A stretch of 64,000 nt of DNA from Felis catus (lineage: Eukaryota), in contig NC_058369.1 of NCBI RefSeq assembly GCF_018350175.1, forward strand, positions 22,074,001 through 22,138,000, given 5' to 3'. The translations under genes were made by a program, and so were the position numbers. Positions 25,728 through 39,530 of this stretch are shown one piece after another. Each line of letters starts with the position of its first letter. Position 1 is the first letter of the stretch. A model generated the notes under the pieces. That model was not told the DNA's origin and searched no databases. It was given only the letters and a program-made list of their open reading frames with translations.

Positions 25728-26669
25728 TTTCCAGTCCATGTCTTCCTGCCTCCCTCTCCTTGTTATCCCTGCACAGAGGTGCATGCCCACGGATGCACAT
25801 CCCCTCTGTCTCTCTCCCCCCACCCCCCCTTTTCCAAACAGGTACATATGCTCTGGAGTCAACCACACTTAGTGAGGAGACAGCCACTCCAGGCTCTTCC
25901 TCCTGCCTGCTCCCTGGCCTGATGCTGCATTTGGCAGTGGCAGCAGGCCTACGAGGAAATACACTATGTTGTCCCTGTTTTTTTTTTTTTTTTGAGATGA
26001 AGACCTAAAAATAATCTACTCTATAATTGGTTATCCAATCAACCATGCAAATAAGCACTGTGCCCGAGCCTATAGGAAACGAGTCAGGAGGCCCTGAACT
26101 CCAAATCATGCCAGCTCTGCCTTTCCTGGTTTTAAAAACGTGCTTGGGATCTGAGCCTTGAGGGTCTAGAGCTGAGGATATGCTGGGTGGGTTTCTATGG
26201 AGGCAGGCACGTGGCACTGATTTTGTGTCTACCTGGCAGGTTGATGGCAAACGGGGAAGGATTTGGTGTCTTGGGGAGTTTTGGACGTGGTATTACTGAA
26301 TATAGTTGGGACTATTTGACTTCCTGTGTCTTAAGCATCTATCCCCGCCTCGGGCCTTGCTTCTGTGTGATGTCTACCCCCCGCACCACTTCCTGCACAG
26401 CTGGACTGGCCCATCCTCCCTTCTGCATATCTAAATCCTGACTGGCCCCCCAGGCCCCACACTTAGTGGTGCTGTCAGGACTAGCCCTGCGTTGCCTCCC
26501 GGCACTCTGTCTGTAGCACAAACAGTCCCCTCCCCATCCCTGTATGCAGTACACATGCAGGCCAAGCTCTCTGGGTGCTCTGTTGTCTCCCCCGATTCTC
26601 CCCGAGGCCCTCTGGTCTCAGTGGGGGTGGTGGTGAGTGGGGGGGGGGCAGGGAGAGCTAGATCAGAGT

Positions 26670-26880
26670 TTGGGCTAAGAGCACAGGCTTTGGAGCAACA
26701 TACCTGCTGCTGCTCTGTGACCTTGGCTAAGCTGCTCTGCCCTTGGAAGCCTCAGTTTCTTCACATACAAAACACTGAGAGGAATATTTCTAGTTTCAGA
26801 GTGAGGGCTACTAAACTGATAACTGAGAGTACTTAGCGTGTGGCTGGCTCAGAGTCTAGGCTCAATAAATGCTAGGTGGT
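26670..26880 (+). mobile_element. MIR SINE
   Basis: aagagcacaggctttggagc...tgtgaccttggctaag...gcctcagtttcttcac...gctcaataaatgctag. Confidence 0.8.
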
Positions 26881-28124
26881 GGTGGTGGTATAATTTCCTG
26901 GTGGAGGGAAGGGATGTGTGGGGAGTCAGCAGCTTAGCCCGAGGGCACAGTCAGTCGTGACTACCCAGCAAGGACTGCAGATGGTTAGCTAACTGGACTG
27001 TTCTATGCCAGCTCCATCTGCTAGGTGGTGCTGGAATACTGGCACGGCAGAAGCAAAGGGGGTACTTGCACAAGAGCCCCCTGTGTGCTGGGAGAGGCAG
27101 GATGGAGGCTGTCTGCACGTGGCTGGGGAGCACTTGACCCAGAAATGGAACAGAAGCATCGTAAGGAGAGTGCTTTCTGTCATTTTCCCCTTTTGCCCCA
27201 GTACCCAGGACAGGGCCAGGTGCAGAGAAGGTGCTTGGTCCTTCTCCGAAGAAGGAACCGCCTCAGGCTCTAAGCCACAGCTCTGGCGGTGCCTCTGACC
27301 TGGGTAACCCTGACCGGCTCCTGTGGCCTCCCAGTCCCCCGAGGTCCCCCAGTGCAGGAGGGGTTGGGCCTTGCGGCTGCCCGGGCTGCATTTTGGAGTC
27401 ATCCTGCGGCTGCCCTCCACACAGTGTCTTACCTCAGCTGTGCTTTTGGAGAACTGGATGGAGAGGTGAGAGCGTGAAAGGTCCCACGCACTGACTGGCA
27501 GTGAGGGCGCCAGGTCCTGGCAGTGCTGCAGGGAGTGTGTTGGCTGTCCTTAGATGGCCTGGCCGGCAGCAGCACTCAGCTTGTGGACAGCCTTGATTTG
27601 TGCTGACGCTGAAGGACTTCCCTGGCAGCCAGATTTGCTGCTGTTGCTACTCTACAGAGTCAAGAGCAAGTTCTGACAACAGGAGCCACACCTTGCTGTC
27701 TCTCTGCTGGTCAGAAGCCTCTAGTGTCTGGTTGGCCACAGGAGAAAACTTCTGAGCAGAGCGGTCAAGGCCCTTGGGATGCTTCGGCCCCATCGGCATT
27801 TCTTGTGTTACCTTTTTCCCACCCCTAGTCCCAAGGTCCCCCAAACCATGCTGCAGTCACCTCTTCCGTTTGCTGGTCCCCAAACACACCCAGACCCTGA
27901 TTTTTTCACATAGGCATTCACCGCACCTGTCTCACCACTGTGCACACCATTGCACTATGGGCTTTTGCCCTTCCCGGCTCAGATGCCTTCTTCCATAAGG
28001 GAGCCTCTTCCCCTTGCTCAGAATGAATTCTTTCCTCCCACCAGAGTACCTAGAGTATAACCCGGAGCACCTAGAGTGTACCTGGGTCCGTCTCGCACCT
28101 TTCACGTCTGTGAGGTGCTGTGCT

Positions 28125-28345
28125 CTAGTGGTTCAAATGTTGGCCTTGCTGTTAAACAGGCTGGGATTTGAATTCTACCTCCGCCATTCACTAGCCATGT
28201 GACCTTGGGTAAGTCATTGAACTGTTTGGCCCATGGTATCATTATTGGTGAGGTGGGGCGAGCAACTGTGAAGTTACAGGGGTTTGTCACATAATGTATT
28301 TGTAGCTCTTTGCAGGTGGCGAATAATAGGCCCTCATAAGTCAGC
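28125..28345 (+). mobile_element. MIR SINE
   Basis: gggatttgaattctacctccgccattcactagccatgtgaccttgggtaagtcattgaac. Confidence 0.75.
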
Positions 28346-29036
28346 TGCTACCACATCTCTCCTGTTTCACTGGCCAACTCCACCTCCCTCTGTGTGGAAA
28401 CAGGACGTGGGAAGTATTAGCGTGACAGCAGGTCCAGCCAGGATGCAGAAGGCCTGCTCTGTGGCTCCAGTTTCCACTACCTCCCCACCCCCACAGCCCC
28501 TGCACCTTGTACAGGGCTGTTTGTGACCCAGTCTTGATAGAAAGAGGGTGAATTGGATTTTGAATTTGCTCATGCTTTATCTCCCTTGGCCCTCAGAAAA
28601 TTAATGTGCAGAATTGGAATTAACTGTGGGAAATTCTCCATTCTCTCCCTCATTGTTTCTCAGTGAAGGTCATAGTGTCAGGTCATTCCCTTGACTCAAT
28701 TAACTTGGCAAACCTTTTGAAGCGTTGGTAATGTGCCTGGACATGAGGTGCTGGAAATGATAACCAGCGTTCTTAGATGGGTGTGCATTTTCCAAGTACC
28801 TTCAGTGTTGCTGACTGACTTGGCCCCCTCAGTGCTGGATGTGGCTAAGGGGCCATTGTTTCTGCTACCGTCCTCATTTTACAGAGGATTTGGGGCTCAA
28901 GACTTCATCTTCTGGCTCTAATTTGGTATCCTTTCCCTGCTCCACTGGGCCTTCTCCTTGTTCGTTGGAGGGTCCTCCAGAGCTTACCTGGCCCACCAGT
29001 CTGCAACGGAGGGCTCCTTTTGATCCATCTCTCTTC

Positions 29037-29249
29037 TAAAATTTTTTTTAAATGCTTATTTATTTTTGAGGTAGAGTGAGAGACAGAGTGCAGGTGGGGG
29101 AGGGGCAGACAGGAGACACAGAATCCGAAGCGGGCTCCAGGCTGTGAGCTGTCAGCACAGAGCCCGATGCGGGGCTCAAACTCACGGACCGTGAGATCAT
29201 GATCTGAGCTGAAGTCAGACGCTTAACCGACTGAGCCACCCAGGCACCC
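29037..29249 (-). mobile_element. CanSINE (SINEC_Fc2-like)
   Basis: Full element; TSD ttgatccatctctctt (29020-35) vs ttgatccatctgtctt (29250-65). Confidence 0.95.
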
Positions 29250-31088
29250 TTGATCCATCTGTCTTTCAAGTGTGACGAACACTGGACAGGTGCAGAGGAG
29301 GGAGAAGTGGTCCTTCTCTACCAGAAATTTATAAACTCCCTGAAGGGATAGAGCACATGTATCTTTACTGACAAATAGTTGTTGTGCGCTTTATGCCTGG
29401 CACTGTGCTAAGAGTTGGTAATATGGTGGCAAACTGGACAGAAAAAAATGTATCTTAGACTTCTGGCTGTACAAACAGGCAATTTAACAGGGAAAGAGAT
29501 AAATAATCAAAAGATTATTATAAGTGCTATCAAGAAAATTTATGAAAAATTAAATAGCAGTGGAAATAGAACACAATAAAATGAGAACACACCAAGCAGA
29601 TTATAGGACCATCATGTATCCATTCTGGAAAGGCCCTGATCCTGCCTCTCTCTCTTTAAAGCAGAGAAATCCAATGACGGGGCGGGGGGGCAGGCTCCTA
29701 GTGAGCAGGCTTTCCATGGGCAGTGGATACATAGGGGTCTGGGGAAGGGGAGTGCCTTTTTTGAAAAGGGTATTGAGATCTTTAATTTCTACCATTTGAA
29801 CCTGGTTCTGATCCCTCTTTAAAGCAGAAGAAAGCACAAAGGAACAACATTTGTACTTTTGTGGTATGGGAACATTTCTTCCAACTGAGATCTCCCCCTG
29901 AGCATTTGTGGTCATACATTTGTGTAAGAACTTGGTTTGCATCCTGCATTTTTGGGATAAGGAGATATACGAGGACTTGCGCAGCAGAGAGGACTAATTC
30001 AGGGCGGCTTCTGAAAGATTCCACTGCTGCTGAAACTTTGACATCAGGTGGGGATTGGGAGCAGCAGGAAAGAGGGAGGCGGGCGCAGGTGCAGGCTCTG
30101 AGGCCCAAGAAAGAAGGAATGCTCTATCCCACAGGGCTAGCTGTGACTCTGCCATGGGAGGAAGTCCCCAGGACACCAAGGAAGGATCAAGAAGGGTGCT
30201 TTGATCCTTTGAGGAAGAGAATATACAGTTGCATACACAGCCTCGGCCTCCAGTTTGAAACTCCATTTTGTCTTCTGCACCGAACCCTCCCTTGGCCCAA
30301 TAAGTATGTGACAGCTTGGAGGATATACTTTTATTACAAATGAAAACAGTCTTACCTTCAACACCGAGATAGAAGCCTGTGAGTGCAAGCGAAGGAAAAG
30401 AACAAAAGACGTCAAGGATGGGAATTTACAGAAGTCAATATGCACGGGGCTGGGGTGTGGCTCCTGGGACTTCTCTCTTCATGGCCCCTCCTTGAGGCTG
30501 AATGTCGGTGGCCCTGTGTTTTGACTACATATCTCCTTCATGTTGTCTTTTCAACATTTCTGTCTCAGGACTAAGCCAGAAAGAGCTCCCAAAGGGATGA
30601 CAAGTGTGTCCAGAGCCAGCCTTGCTTCTTTTCCCAGCTCTGGCCATACTGGGGACCGGGGGGAGGACCGGGGGCGGGGAGGGCTGGCGGAGATCAGGAA
30701 AGCCAAGTGTGCACTGTTCACAAGCTGCCTCAGAAGAGGAGCTAGGGTGAACACAACAGGATGATAGCACAGTTCAGTGTACTTATGTGGCAAAAATAAA
30801 GGAGTGGACATAAGCAAAGGTTTTCCAGGTAGGGCACAGACAGCAATAACTATAAAAGGAAAAAAACATATATAGTAGGACTTCATCAAAATGGAAAACT
30901 TGTGCTCATCAAAAGATTGCTATAAAGAAAATGAATAAGCAAAGCAAGCCACCATTTGGGAGAAGATAAGTGCAAAATACATACCTGATGAAGGACTTGT
31001 ATTCAGGATATATAGTGCCTTCATATAACTTAATGATAATAAAAAAGTTCAATTTGGAAAATGGGCAGGAGATATAACAATTATTTTT

Positions 31089-31300
31089 TTTAATTGTTTA
31101 ATGTGTATTTATTTTTGAGACATAGAGACAGATTGTGAGCAGAGGAGGGACAGAGAGAGAGGGAGACACAGAATCCCGAGCAGGCTCCAGGCTCTGAGCT
31201 GTCAACACAGAGCCCGACCCAAGGCTCAAACCCATGAACAGCAAGACCATGACCTGAGCCAAAGTTGGATGCTTAATTGACTGAGCCATCCAGGCGCCCC
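31089..31300 (-). mobile_element. CanSINE in L1
   Basis: Full element ending caggcgcccc; TSD taacaattattttt vs taacagttattttt. Confidence 0.95.
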
Positions 31301-32056
31301 TAACAGTTATTTTTAATACAAATGGTCAAGGGCTAAAGAAAAGAACTTCAACACCATAGTCATGAGTCAGATATGAGTTAAAAGCATAGTGGTGTGCCAC
31401 TGCACACCCAGCAGAGCAACTAAAATGAAAAAAAGATGATAACACCAAATGTTGGTGAGGCTGTACAACAACCAGGAACTCTGACACGTTGTTGGGAGGA
31501 CTGTACCATGGTACAAACTCTTTGGAAAAGCCTTGGGTGGTTCTTTAGAAGGCTTCTGACACAGCAATTTTATTCCTGGATATTTACCCAGGAGAATTGA
31601 AAACATGTCTCCAAAAAGATTTAAACACAAATGGTTATGGCAGCTTTATCTGTAACAGAAGAAAATCCCAGCAAATCAGTGGGAGAATGACTGGGCTGTG
31701 GTGTGTTCATACGACAGAATACTACGCGGCAATAAAAAGGCACGAACGAGCTAGCGATACGTGTAGCATCACTATACGTGAAAGAAACCTTTCATCAAAG
31801 AGCAAATGCTGTACAGTCCATTTATACAAGTCCTTGGACAGGCAAAACTAATCCATGGTGAGAGTCAGAATAGTGGTTGCCTCTGGAGAATGTAGGGCGT
31901 GGTGTGGGTACAAGAGGATCAGCAGGAGTTTTCGACAAGATGGTAATATTCTGTATCTTGATGGAGGGGCATACATTCGTCAAAACTCACAAATAACACA
32001 CTTACGATTAATGCATTTCTCAATGTGTAAATTTTACTTGAAAAGACCTATAAATA

Positions 32057-32272
32057 TCAGTTGGTTAAGTGTCTGACTCTGGATTTCAGCTCAGGTCATG
32101 ATCTCATGGTTTGTGAGTTTGTGCCCCACATCTGGCTCTGTGCCGATGGCAGGGAGCCTGCTTGGGATTCTCTCTCTTTCCTTCTCTGCCCCTCCCCTGC
32201 TCGTACTCTCTTTCTCTCTCTCTCAAAATAAATAATTAAACTTAAAAAATTTTTTTTTCTAAAAAAAATTAA
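32057..32272 (+). mobile_element. Older-type CanSINE, 5' truncated
   Basis: tcagttggttaagtgtctgactctggatttcagctcaggtcatgatctc...gagcctgcttgggattctctc; TSD core taaatatca (32051-59 and 32280-88). Confidence 0.9.
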
Positions 32273-32916
32273 AACTCGGTAAATATCAAGTTTTGTAATA
32301 GTACGGGTGCTCAAGGGTTTAGGGATGCAGTAGAGGTCAGCACCCTGTTCTGAAGTGTATCTGAAACTGAGGTGCACTGATGGGTGGATCGAGGGGCGAC
32401 CAGACAAAGCACACATAGCAAAATCTTAATCGTAGAGTTTAGGTAGTGGATATGTGGGTATTCACTGTAAAATTCTTCCAGCCTTTCTGTGTGTTTGAAA
32501 ATGTTTTTAATGTTAGGATAAATATGCTCGAGTGCAGTCATTGGAGTGAAAAATAATTGCGATTTATTGCTCTTGTTACACAGACTCTTTTGCTGATCTT
32601 CTTCAGAATTCCATTAAAATCCACCACAGGAGCCTCTGCAATGTAGCTGATTTATCAAATGCGAAAGAGTCCTTCCGTCCTCTTGGACTCATTTGTATCA
32701 CCTGGATACCTTTGAGCTCCTTTTCCCCCTGCCGCTCTGATTCTCCCCCTACTACCAATGTCATCATCCCAAAGTGCTGAGTGGCTGGAGTAGCTTTGGA
32801 AATGTTGCTTTCACTGTCTGTTCATTTGGAGAACAAAAAACCCAAACAACTAGAAGAAGATTGGGACATAGCGATGGGGAAAGACTAAATAATTCACTAA
32901 ATAATAATTCACTAAA

Positions 32917-33129
32917 GGGGCGCCTGGGTGGTTCAGTCGGTTAAGAGTCCAGCTTCGGCTCAGGTCATGATCCCGCGGTCTGTGGGTTCGAGCCCTACGT
33001 TGGGCTTTGTGCTGACAGCTCCGAGCCTGGAGCCTGCTTCGGATTCTGTGTCTCCTTCTCTCTTTGCCCTTCCCACACTCACGCTCTGTCTCTGTCTCTC
33101 AATAATAAACATTGAAAAAAAGTTTTTTT
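32917..33129 (+). mobile_element. CanSINE (SINEC_Fc2-like)
   Basis: ggggcgcctgggtggttcagtcggttaag head; TSD aataattcactaaa vs aataatttactaaa. Confidence 0.95.
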
Positions 33130-35211
33130 AAATAATTTACTAAATAATTGAAAATTGAATTGAAATCTACACAGTGACCAAAACAAAGTTGTAGCTTTTT
33201 AGTAAAGATTTAAAGAAAGGATCAACTAGGACATGTCTTTCCCTCTGATGTCTGTCACCCATCTACCATGCAATGGCAGATGTTGGGTACAAGAGCTGAA
33301 GTGGCTGTTCTCTCTAACTTTCAGGGCATTAGGCAACAATACCAGAGATGTTTAAGTTAGCCATATCAGTCAGGCCTTTTTGTGGGAAGGGGAAGTTTTT
33401 AAACCACCGTAGATAATCAGAGAGTGAACTGAGGACAGAGATTAGATCAACATTCATTTCTTTTTTGTTTTTCTGGAATGAAGTCAGAGCAACATTGTTC
33501 TCATTTTTATTTGCAATGAACCTGATTTTTGAACTGATCTATGTCATAGTAAGCACAAGAAAGGCAAACCAGAAGGAAGGAGATTCAGGACATTGGCTGG
33601 TTAGTTCTTGCACAATAAAAGAGAACAGCAGAAAGTAAACTGATGACTGGTCAAGTGAACTCTGGCCCCTTCCTTCCCTGGCCCCTTCCCCTTCTGTCAT
33701 GCTGAGATTTTCCCACCCAGGCTTCTCGGGGGGTTGAGGTGGGGGCGCGTTACCAGCCCTCTCCCCGCCAGCCCAAGCCACCTGCAGTTACCATCCGCAC
33801 GGTGTGTTCTCCAGGCCTTTATCTCTCATTACGTGGCACTTCACTCGGGAAGGACTCCAGTGGAGGCACTCTGCTGTATCCCACAAGCCCTTGAGTGGTA
33901 TTCCAGTTATTTCGATTATACAACACAGCCCTCAATCCTGGAGCTGAGGCCTTGATGGGAGCAGTCGTTGGAAACAGAATTTCTATGAGGGACAGTGAGT
34001 TCCCCAGGTAATAGGCCTGAGACTGGATTTGTCTAGTGGTGCCAGCGAGAATGTGTGGTGCATGCTAGCAGTGGATGATACCCTGTGGATACATTGAGAA
34101 CCTCTAAGAAACCCAGAGCATTTTGGTGACAGTGAAAATCATGTCGTGTTATCGGGGCATAAGAAAGCTGATTAATTGCTGTGTGTTTATAAAGGAATGG
34201 AGAAGGAAGGGAGGAAAGAGGCTGTCGGTCTGCAAAGGCATGTCACAGGGGCTCGTGTGTTCCTTCCATTGTTCGCAGCCCTGGGTAAGGAGGGCTCCAC
34301 TTGTCCCTGAGTCCCTGGCCGCCAACAGAACTGAGTACTGTGGACCGTAGTGAATACAGAGTATGAAGAGGCAAAGACCACATTTCATTCATGTCTGGGT
34401 CTGGACATCTTGGCATTCAGAGCGTGCCCTGGAAGGAACCCCGAAGGGCAGTGAGGCCAGCTGGGTCCAAGCATTGATACTGATGTTGGGGAGACAGACC
34501 TCAAGGTCTACCCTCCCTTACAGAGCCACCCGGTAATAGAGGTTTAGGTGTGCTGCTTTGCCAGTTTCTAGCACCCCCACATATACCTCTTATCTCTGGC
34601 ACTTGTCCTGAAGCCCAATGTTTTATTTTCCTCGTTGCTCTTTAGCTCTAGCCTTCAGCTGCATGAGGGCCATGGCATCTCTGTTCACCTTCTGGGAAGG
34701 TGATTTGGGAGCTCTCTCCTGTATTCCCTGTCTCAGCCAGGTTTGTGCCCTGTTTTCTAACACAGTCCATTTTAGGAGGGTGGGGCGCATTTATTCATTG
34801 ACTGTGCAGCAAGTGTTAAGTGCCATGTTGAGTCCAGTGTAGACAAAAGGAATTTGCTAAAACTATAGATAATTTTAAACCACCTGCATTGCTATTTGAC
34901 CTTCAAATCTGTTTATGAGTTTCTTCATATCTATTGAATCTATGAGATTCTTCAAATCTATTGTGAGTAATAAGTCATATGGTGGGGCAGCTGATTCGCT
35001 AGCAACATGTTGTTGGGGGAGGGGTGGGCTAGTTGTGTATGCAAGGGTTCAGGACACCTGAGGCAGAGAACTTGGGGTCACATGGAGTCACCTGCTCTAG
35101 CCCCTGCCTTCAGAGTAGGTGGGGGAGCCAAGTGAGAAAATTCACAGCATGGGTGGGGAGTGAAGGGAAAGGAAGTTTTGTTTCTAGTCCTGCTGCTTTG
35201 AGTTTTTCTAG

Positions 35212-35375
35212 GTTATTGTTATTATTTTTTATATACAATTTATTGTCAGGTTGGCTAACATACAGTATATACAGTGTGTTCTTGGTTTTGGGGGTAGATT
35301 CCTATGATTTATCACTTACATACAACACCCAGTGCTCATACCAACAAGTGTCCTCCTCAATGCCCCTCACCCCTT
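35212..35375 (-). mobile_element. Carnivore/felid L1, extreme 3' end, heavily 5' truncated
   Basis: aatttattgtcaggttggctaacatacag...tcacttacatacaacacccagtgctcat...cctcctcaatgccc resembles the carnivore L1 3' terminus in antisense. Confidence 0.85.
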
Positions 35376-37244
35376 AGAAGTTGGAAACTGACCAATGAGA
35401 TACCCAGAATTAGTGGGATTCTAGAGCAGAAGGGTCTGGCGCCCACTGTATTCTTCCTTATTAAAAGGGGGGCTTGCCAGAGATGTTTCCAAGTCTGGAC
35501 TCTCGCTGCTTGGAGTGGTGGGCTTGGCTTGGTCAGTACTGCCCCATCCCTGCTTCCTCGTGGTCAGACGAGTGCAGAGAAGGTGGTGGCTGATGGCCAA
35601 GTTCTAGAAATGCCATCCCTAAAAAGTCATTTCCTGGTCTGGAAATAGCTTAGAACTGTGACCTGAGTATTTAGGGACAACGTAAAGTAAGGTCTCGATT
35701 GATTTTGACAATCAGACGGAGGGGAGAAGAGGGGCAGCGTGGCAGATGATAGAGGCAATCTGCCTGGAAGGTGGAGAAAGAGATGAGAGGGAAAAGGCTG
35801 AATGGTGAGCCAGAGGGCCTGAAGGAGGCTCTTGGGAAAAGTCTTCAAGGAGGGAGGGCCTGAAACCTGACCTGAGGGCCTGAGCCAGTTCCTCTATTTT
35901 TTTTTTTTTCCCCTCAAACATGGATGAAGTGACTAGCAGGTGTCGTCATGCAGGGGAAAGTTTCATTGTAGCTACTGTCTGGGTTGGTGACCTTGGAGAA
36001 GTCTGTTCCCTGCACTCCTCAGTTTACCCATGTCTATTTCATTGGTTGAAGAATCTCGCATCCCGCAGGAGACGGTTTGATGTTTGCAATCACTGCTTTA
36101 CCTGGGCTCGTGCATCGCTCCCCTTCCCCCAACCACTGTCCCTCTCCCGTTTCTTCACATGGTCCTGGGCAGACTTAACTTCCCAGTCACTTTCAGTTGT
36201 TACCCTTTGGTGTCTTAACCTCAGGGCTCCCCCAGCCCACGGCTGCCTCCCCCGCCAGCCTCCCTACCTCCCCTGCCCCACATCCACTCCAAGTCCTCCA
36301 TTTATGAGGAAGGGGAGAAGGACAAGCACCTTTTCCCTTAACTGGGCATGATGGAGGGTTTCTTCCCGCTCAGACCTGCGGCCTCTGTAGCTACAATGGG
36401 CTGGGTGGCAGACCCTCCCTCTGGCCGGTCTCCAGGTACAGGTGCTCCCATGGGGTTGGTATGGCGTTCCGTTCGTTGTACTGCGGAAGGTCTGCTGAGA
36501 CTTCCCCACCTCAGGGGCGCTGACCTCGGGTGTGTGGCTCTTGCTCCTCCCTCGCCCCTGCTGCACAGCCTCTGTCACTATGGTGACTGACCTCTCGTGG
36601 TGACCAGCCCCCTTGGGTGAGGCCCCAGAGCTGGCTCATGCCTAGTAAGAACCCCGTGGGGTTTGCTTGGCTTATGGGAGGCTCACGGGTCCTTGCCAGG
36701 CCAGGGGCTGGCATGATGACTGCCCTGCCACTTTGCTTTTTCCTGTTCAGGGAAGGGGGGGGAAGCAGCAGTTTAGGACTGTGGCTGAGGCCGAGGGTTC
36801 CCTGGGGGGATAAGATGCTAATTTTTCCTTCTTGCAGGCATGACCATCTTTATGATTCTTCTGAGTCCACATCACATGGGTTTAGGAAGGGGAGGCATCC
36901 CCGACACTGTAATCCCCAGAAGGCTGACAGCCTGATGCCTCTGTGTCCCCCTCATCGAGCCTCTTCACACTGTAGCCTTGGGGGTGGCAGGGGGGTGGAG
37001 GGCTGGCTCGGTAAGCCCTGGGAGGGGAACATCCAGTCCTATTTGTTGGTTACTTAGAAAATGAGCCACTTTGTACTTCTTTTTAGTGGGGAGCCCTGTC
37101 CCCTAACACCTGAGTAATAAGAAATCTCTCACCCAGCTTTAAAAAAGTACAAAGTGAAGAATTTTATCCTTACCTCCACTTCCTGTTATACTTTATCTGT
37201 ACACATGTGCAAGTATCAAATGCAGAACCCATGCCCTTTATTTA

Positions 37245-37446
37245 TTTATCTTTATTTTTTTAAGTTTATTTATTTTGAGAGACCGTGGAGGAGGGGCAGA
37301 GAGAGAGGGAGAGAGAGAACCTCAGGCAGGCTCTGTGCTGTCAACTCAGAGACCGATGCGAGGCTCAAACTCACGAACTGTGAGATCATGACCTGAGCTG
37401 AAACCAGGAGTCAGATCTTTAACCAGATGAACCACCCAGGTGCCCC
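37245..37446 (-). mobile_element. CanSINE (older type)
   Basis: TSD acccatgccctttattta vs acccgtgccctttattta; head cccaggtgcccc. Confidence 0.93.
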
Positions 37447-38233
37447 ACACCCGTGCCCTTTATTTAGGACATTTATCTTTTGGTGGCTTTGGTGTTCTCT
37501 CTGTGATGCTGTTATTTGTCAAGTCTGAGGATAATTTCTTGTAGAAGGAAGGATGTTGAGTCTTATTTAAGGCTATTACAATCTCCCCAAACCTTAGAGA
37601 GTTAACGTGCTCTGTTCCGGGTCTGCTGTATGCTTAACATCGGTGCTGACAGACCAAATTATAGTGCTCCTTAACCCGATTCTAAAGGATGAATGCCATG
37701 GCACTTAAAGTATTTTGCAGAAACTATTATTTTAACTAATTTTCACAGTGGCTATGGTTTTTTTATAGTCTCGTAGGAACTTTGGTTAAATACAGAGTAA
37801 AAACTGAAAGCTTCTTTGGGAATAATGGGGAATCAAGTCCTTCAAGGCCTTTCAAAAAGTAATCCCTAAGTAGCGGTTTCTTTAGTGCTTGGGATTCTGA
37901 ATTGTAGTGTGTACCTCTAAACAAAGCTGAGCACCGTATGTGACTGTGCATGTGTGTGTTTTGAAAAGCCTCAGTGGTCACTGTAATTTTAGTGCCTGTA
38001 TATTTTCACAGGAAGCAGCAAGGAGGGACTATCAGAACCCGTTTTTAAAAACGTTTGTGTGCGTAGATTTTTGCTAGTATCCCACACCTGCCTTAGCTAG
38101 TAAGCAGAATATGTTACACTATTCATCTTAGAAGAAGGATCAGAGCTAGATAATCACTAGGGGCTTCTTTTTCTTTCTCTGGCAGAGAAGTGAAAGCTAA
38201 GAGCATTCTATCTCATGGGCACTAAGGGTCCAG

Positions 38234-38399
38234 CATGGGTCACCAAACTTTTCCTGTAATGAGCCAGACAGTGAATATTTTAGGCTATATGGCCCATGCA
38301 AAAGCGGCCACAGACAGTACACAAACAAACAAACATGCTGTGCTGTGCTAGAACTATAGTTTCAAGTTGGTCTGTGGGCTGGGATTTGCCAACCGCTAG
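38234..38399. mobile_element. MER58-like hAT-Charlie MITE
   Basis: caaacttttcctgtaatgagccagacagtgaatattttaggct...tttgccaacc. Confidence 0.75.
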
Positions 38400-39302
38400 T
38401 CTAGTGAGAGGTACAAGTTTTGAGGTGTCACTGATAGTCTAATGTGGCTCCAAAAGGTGGCACTCCCTGCCTGGTTGCCTTCATGTGGACACAAGTCCAC
38501 TTCAGTGATCACTGACTAGGATGGAAGGTCAGGCTGTTCTGTTCTTCAGTCTCCCCCAACGCAAGTGAGCCCATCTGCGGAAATGTATGTAGACTCTTGA
38601 GAGAAAACCTTATTTCTTTTCTTTACCTCACACACAGCAGATGCTCAGGAACTAGGTGTCGAACTTAGAACAAAATCTAGAATGCAAGAATTCTTGACAA
38701 TTTAATGGAAGTCACAGTGAAGGTCAGGAGGTAGCAGTCGGCACTGGGGTGATTTGGGGAAATTCTACCCCATCATGAATTTGCACCAGCGGCTGCCATC
38801 CTCCTCTGCCACGTAGGACGCGTAGGTCTTGCTCAAGTGCATACGTGTTCTTTCTCATGCTGGTTCACAGTGCATCAATCCTGTCCTTTGTCTCACGCCA
38901 GCAAGTAATGCTGACACTACCACCACACATGCACGCGAGCACTTCCCCATACTTGAGCAAGAGGTGGTGACCTAGCACTCAACCTTGGGAGGTTGGCGAA
39001 CCGAAGCCTAGCTACACGGGTGGTGGCGGTGCTCTGCCTGGGCATCACAGGTTATCATAAGAGCAATATATTTGTTTCATGTATTTGTTTCATTATATAT
39101 ACTTCAATATGATATATTTATTTCTGGTGACTGACAGCATGTCTGCACTCTGTGATGCCGTTTCTAGAGACCAACTCATGGTGAGCATAGTCACATGCCA
39201 GACCTCAGATGGGAGCTGAGGACAAAGTGAACCCTGGCCTCCTCCTGCACCCGCTCTTATATCTGACCTCGAAGTTGGTTATTCTAAGGAGTCCGTTATA
39301 AG

Positions 39303-39530
39303 GAGGAGCCTGGGTGGCTCAGTTGGTTAAGACTGTCTTGATTTCGGCTCAGGTCATGATCTCGCAGTTGGTGGGATCAAGCCCTGTGTCGGGCTCTGCC
39401 CTGACAGTGTAGAGTGAGCCCACCTGGGATTCTCTCTCTCTCCCTCTCCCTCTCTCTGCCCCTCCCCTGCTTGCATGCTCTGTTTCTCTCTCAAAATAAA
39501 TAAACTGAAAAAAATAAAAGCATATAAATA
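39303..39530 (+). mobile_element. CanSINE (older type)
   Basis: gcctgggtggctcagttggttaagactgtcttgatttcggctcaggtcatgatctc...ctcaaaataaataaa. Confidence 0.93.

Larger units (their letters stand above)
30790..32520 (+). mobile_element. Old L1 (L1MC-like) ORF2 end and 3'UTR, interrupted by two CanSINEs
   Basis: ggacttcatcaaaatggaaaacttgtgctcatcaaaaga...aaggacttgtattcaggatatat...accaaatgttggtgagg...gtattcactgtaaaattctt. Confidence 0.85.
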
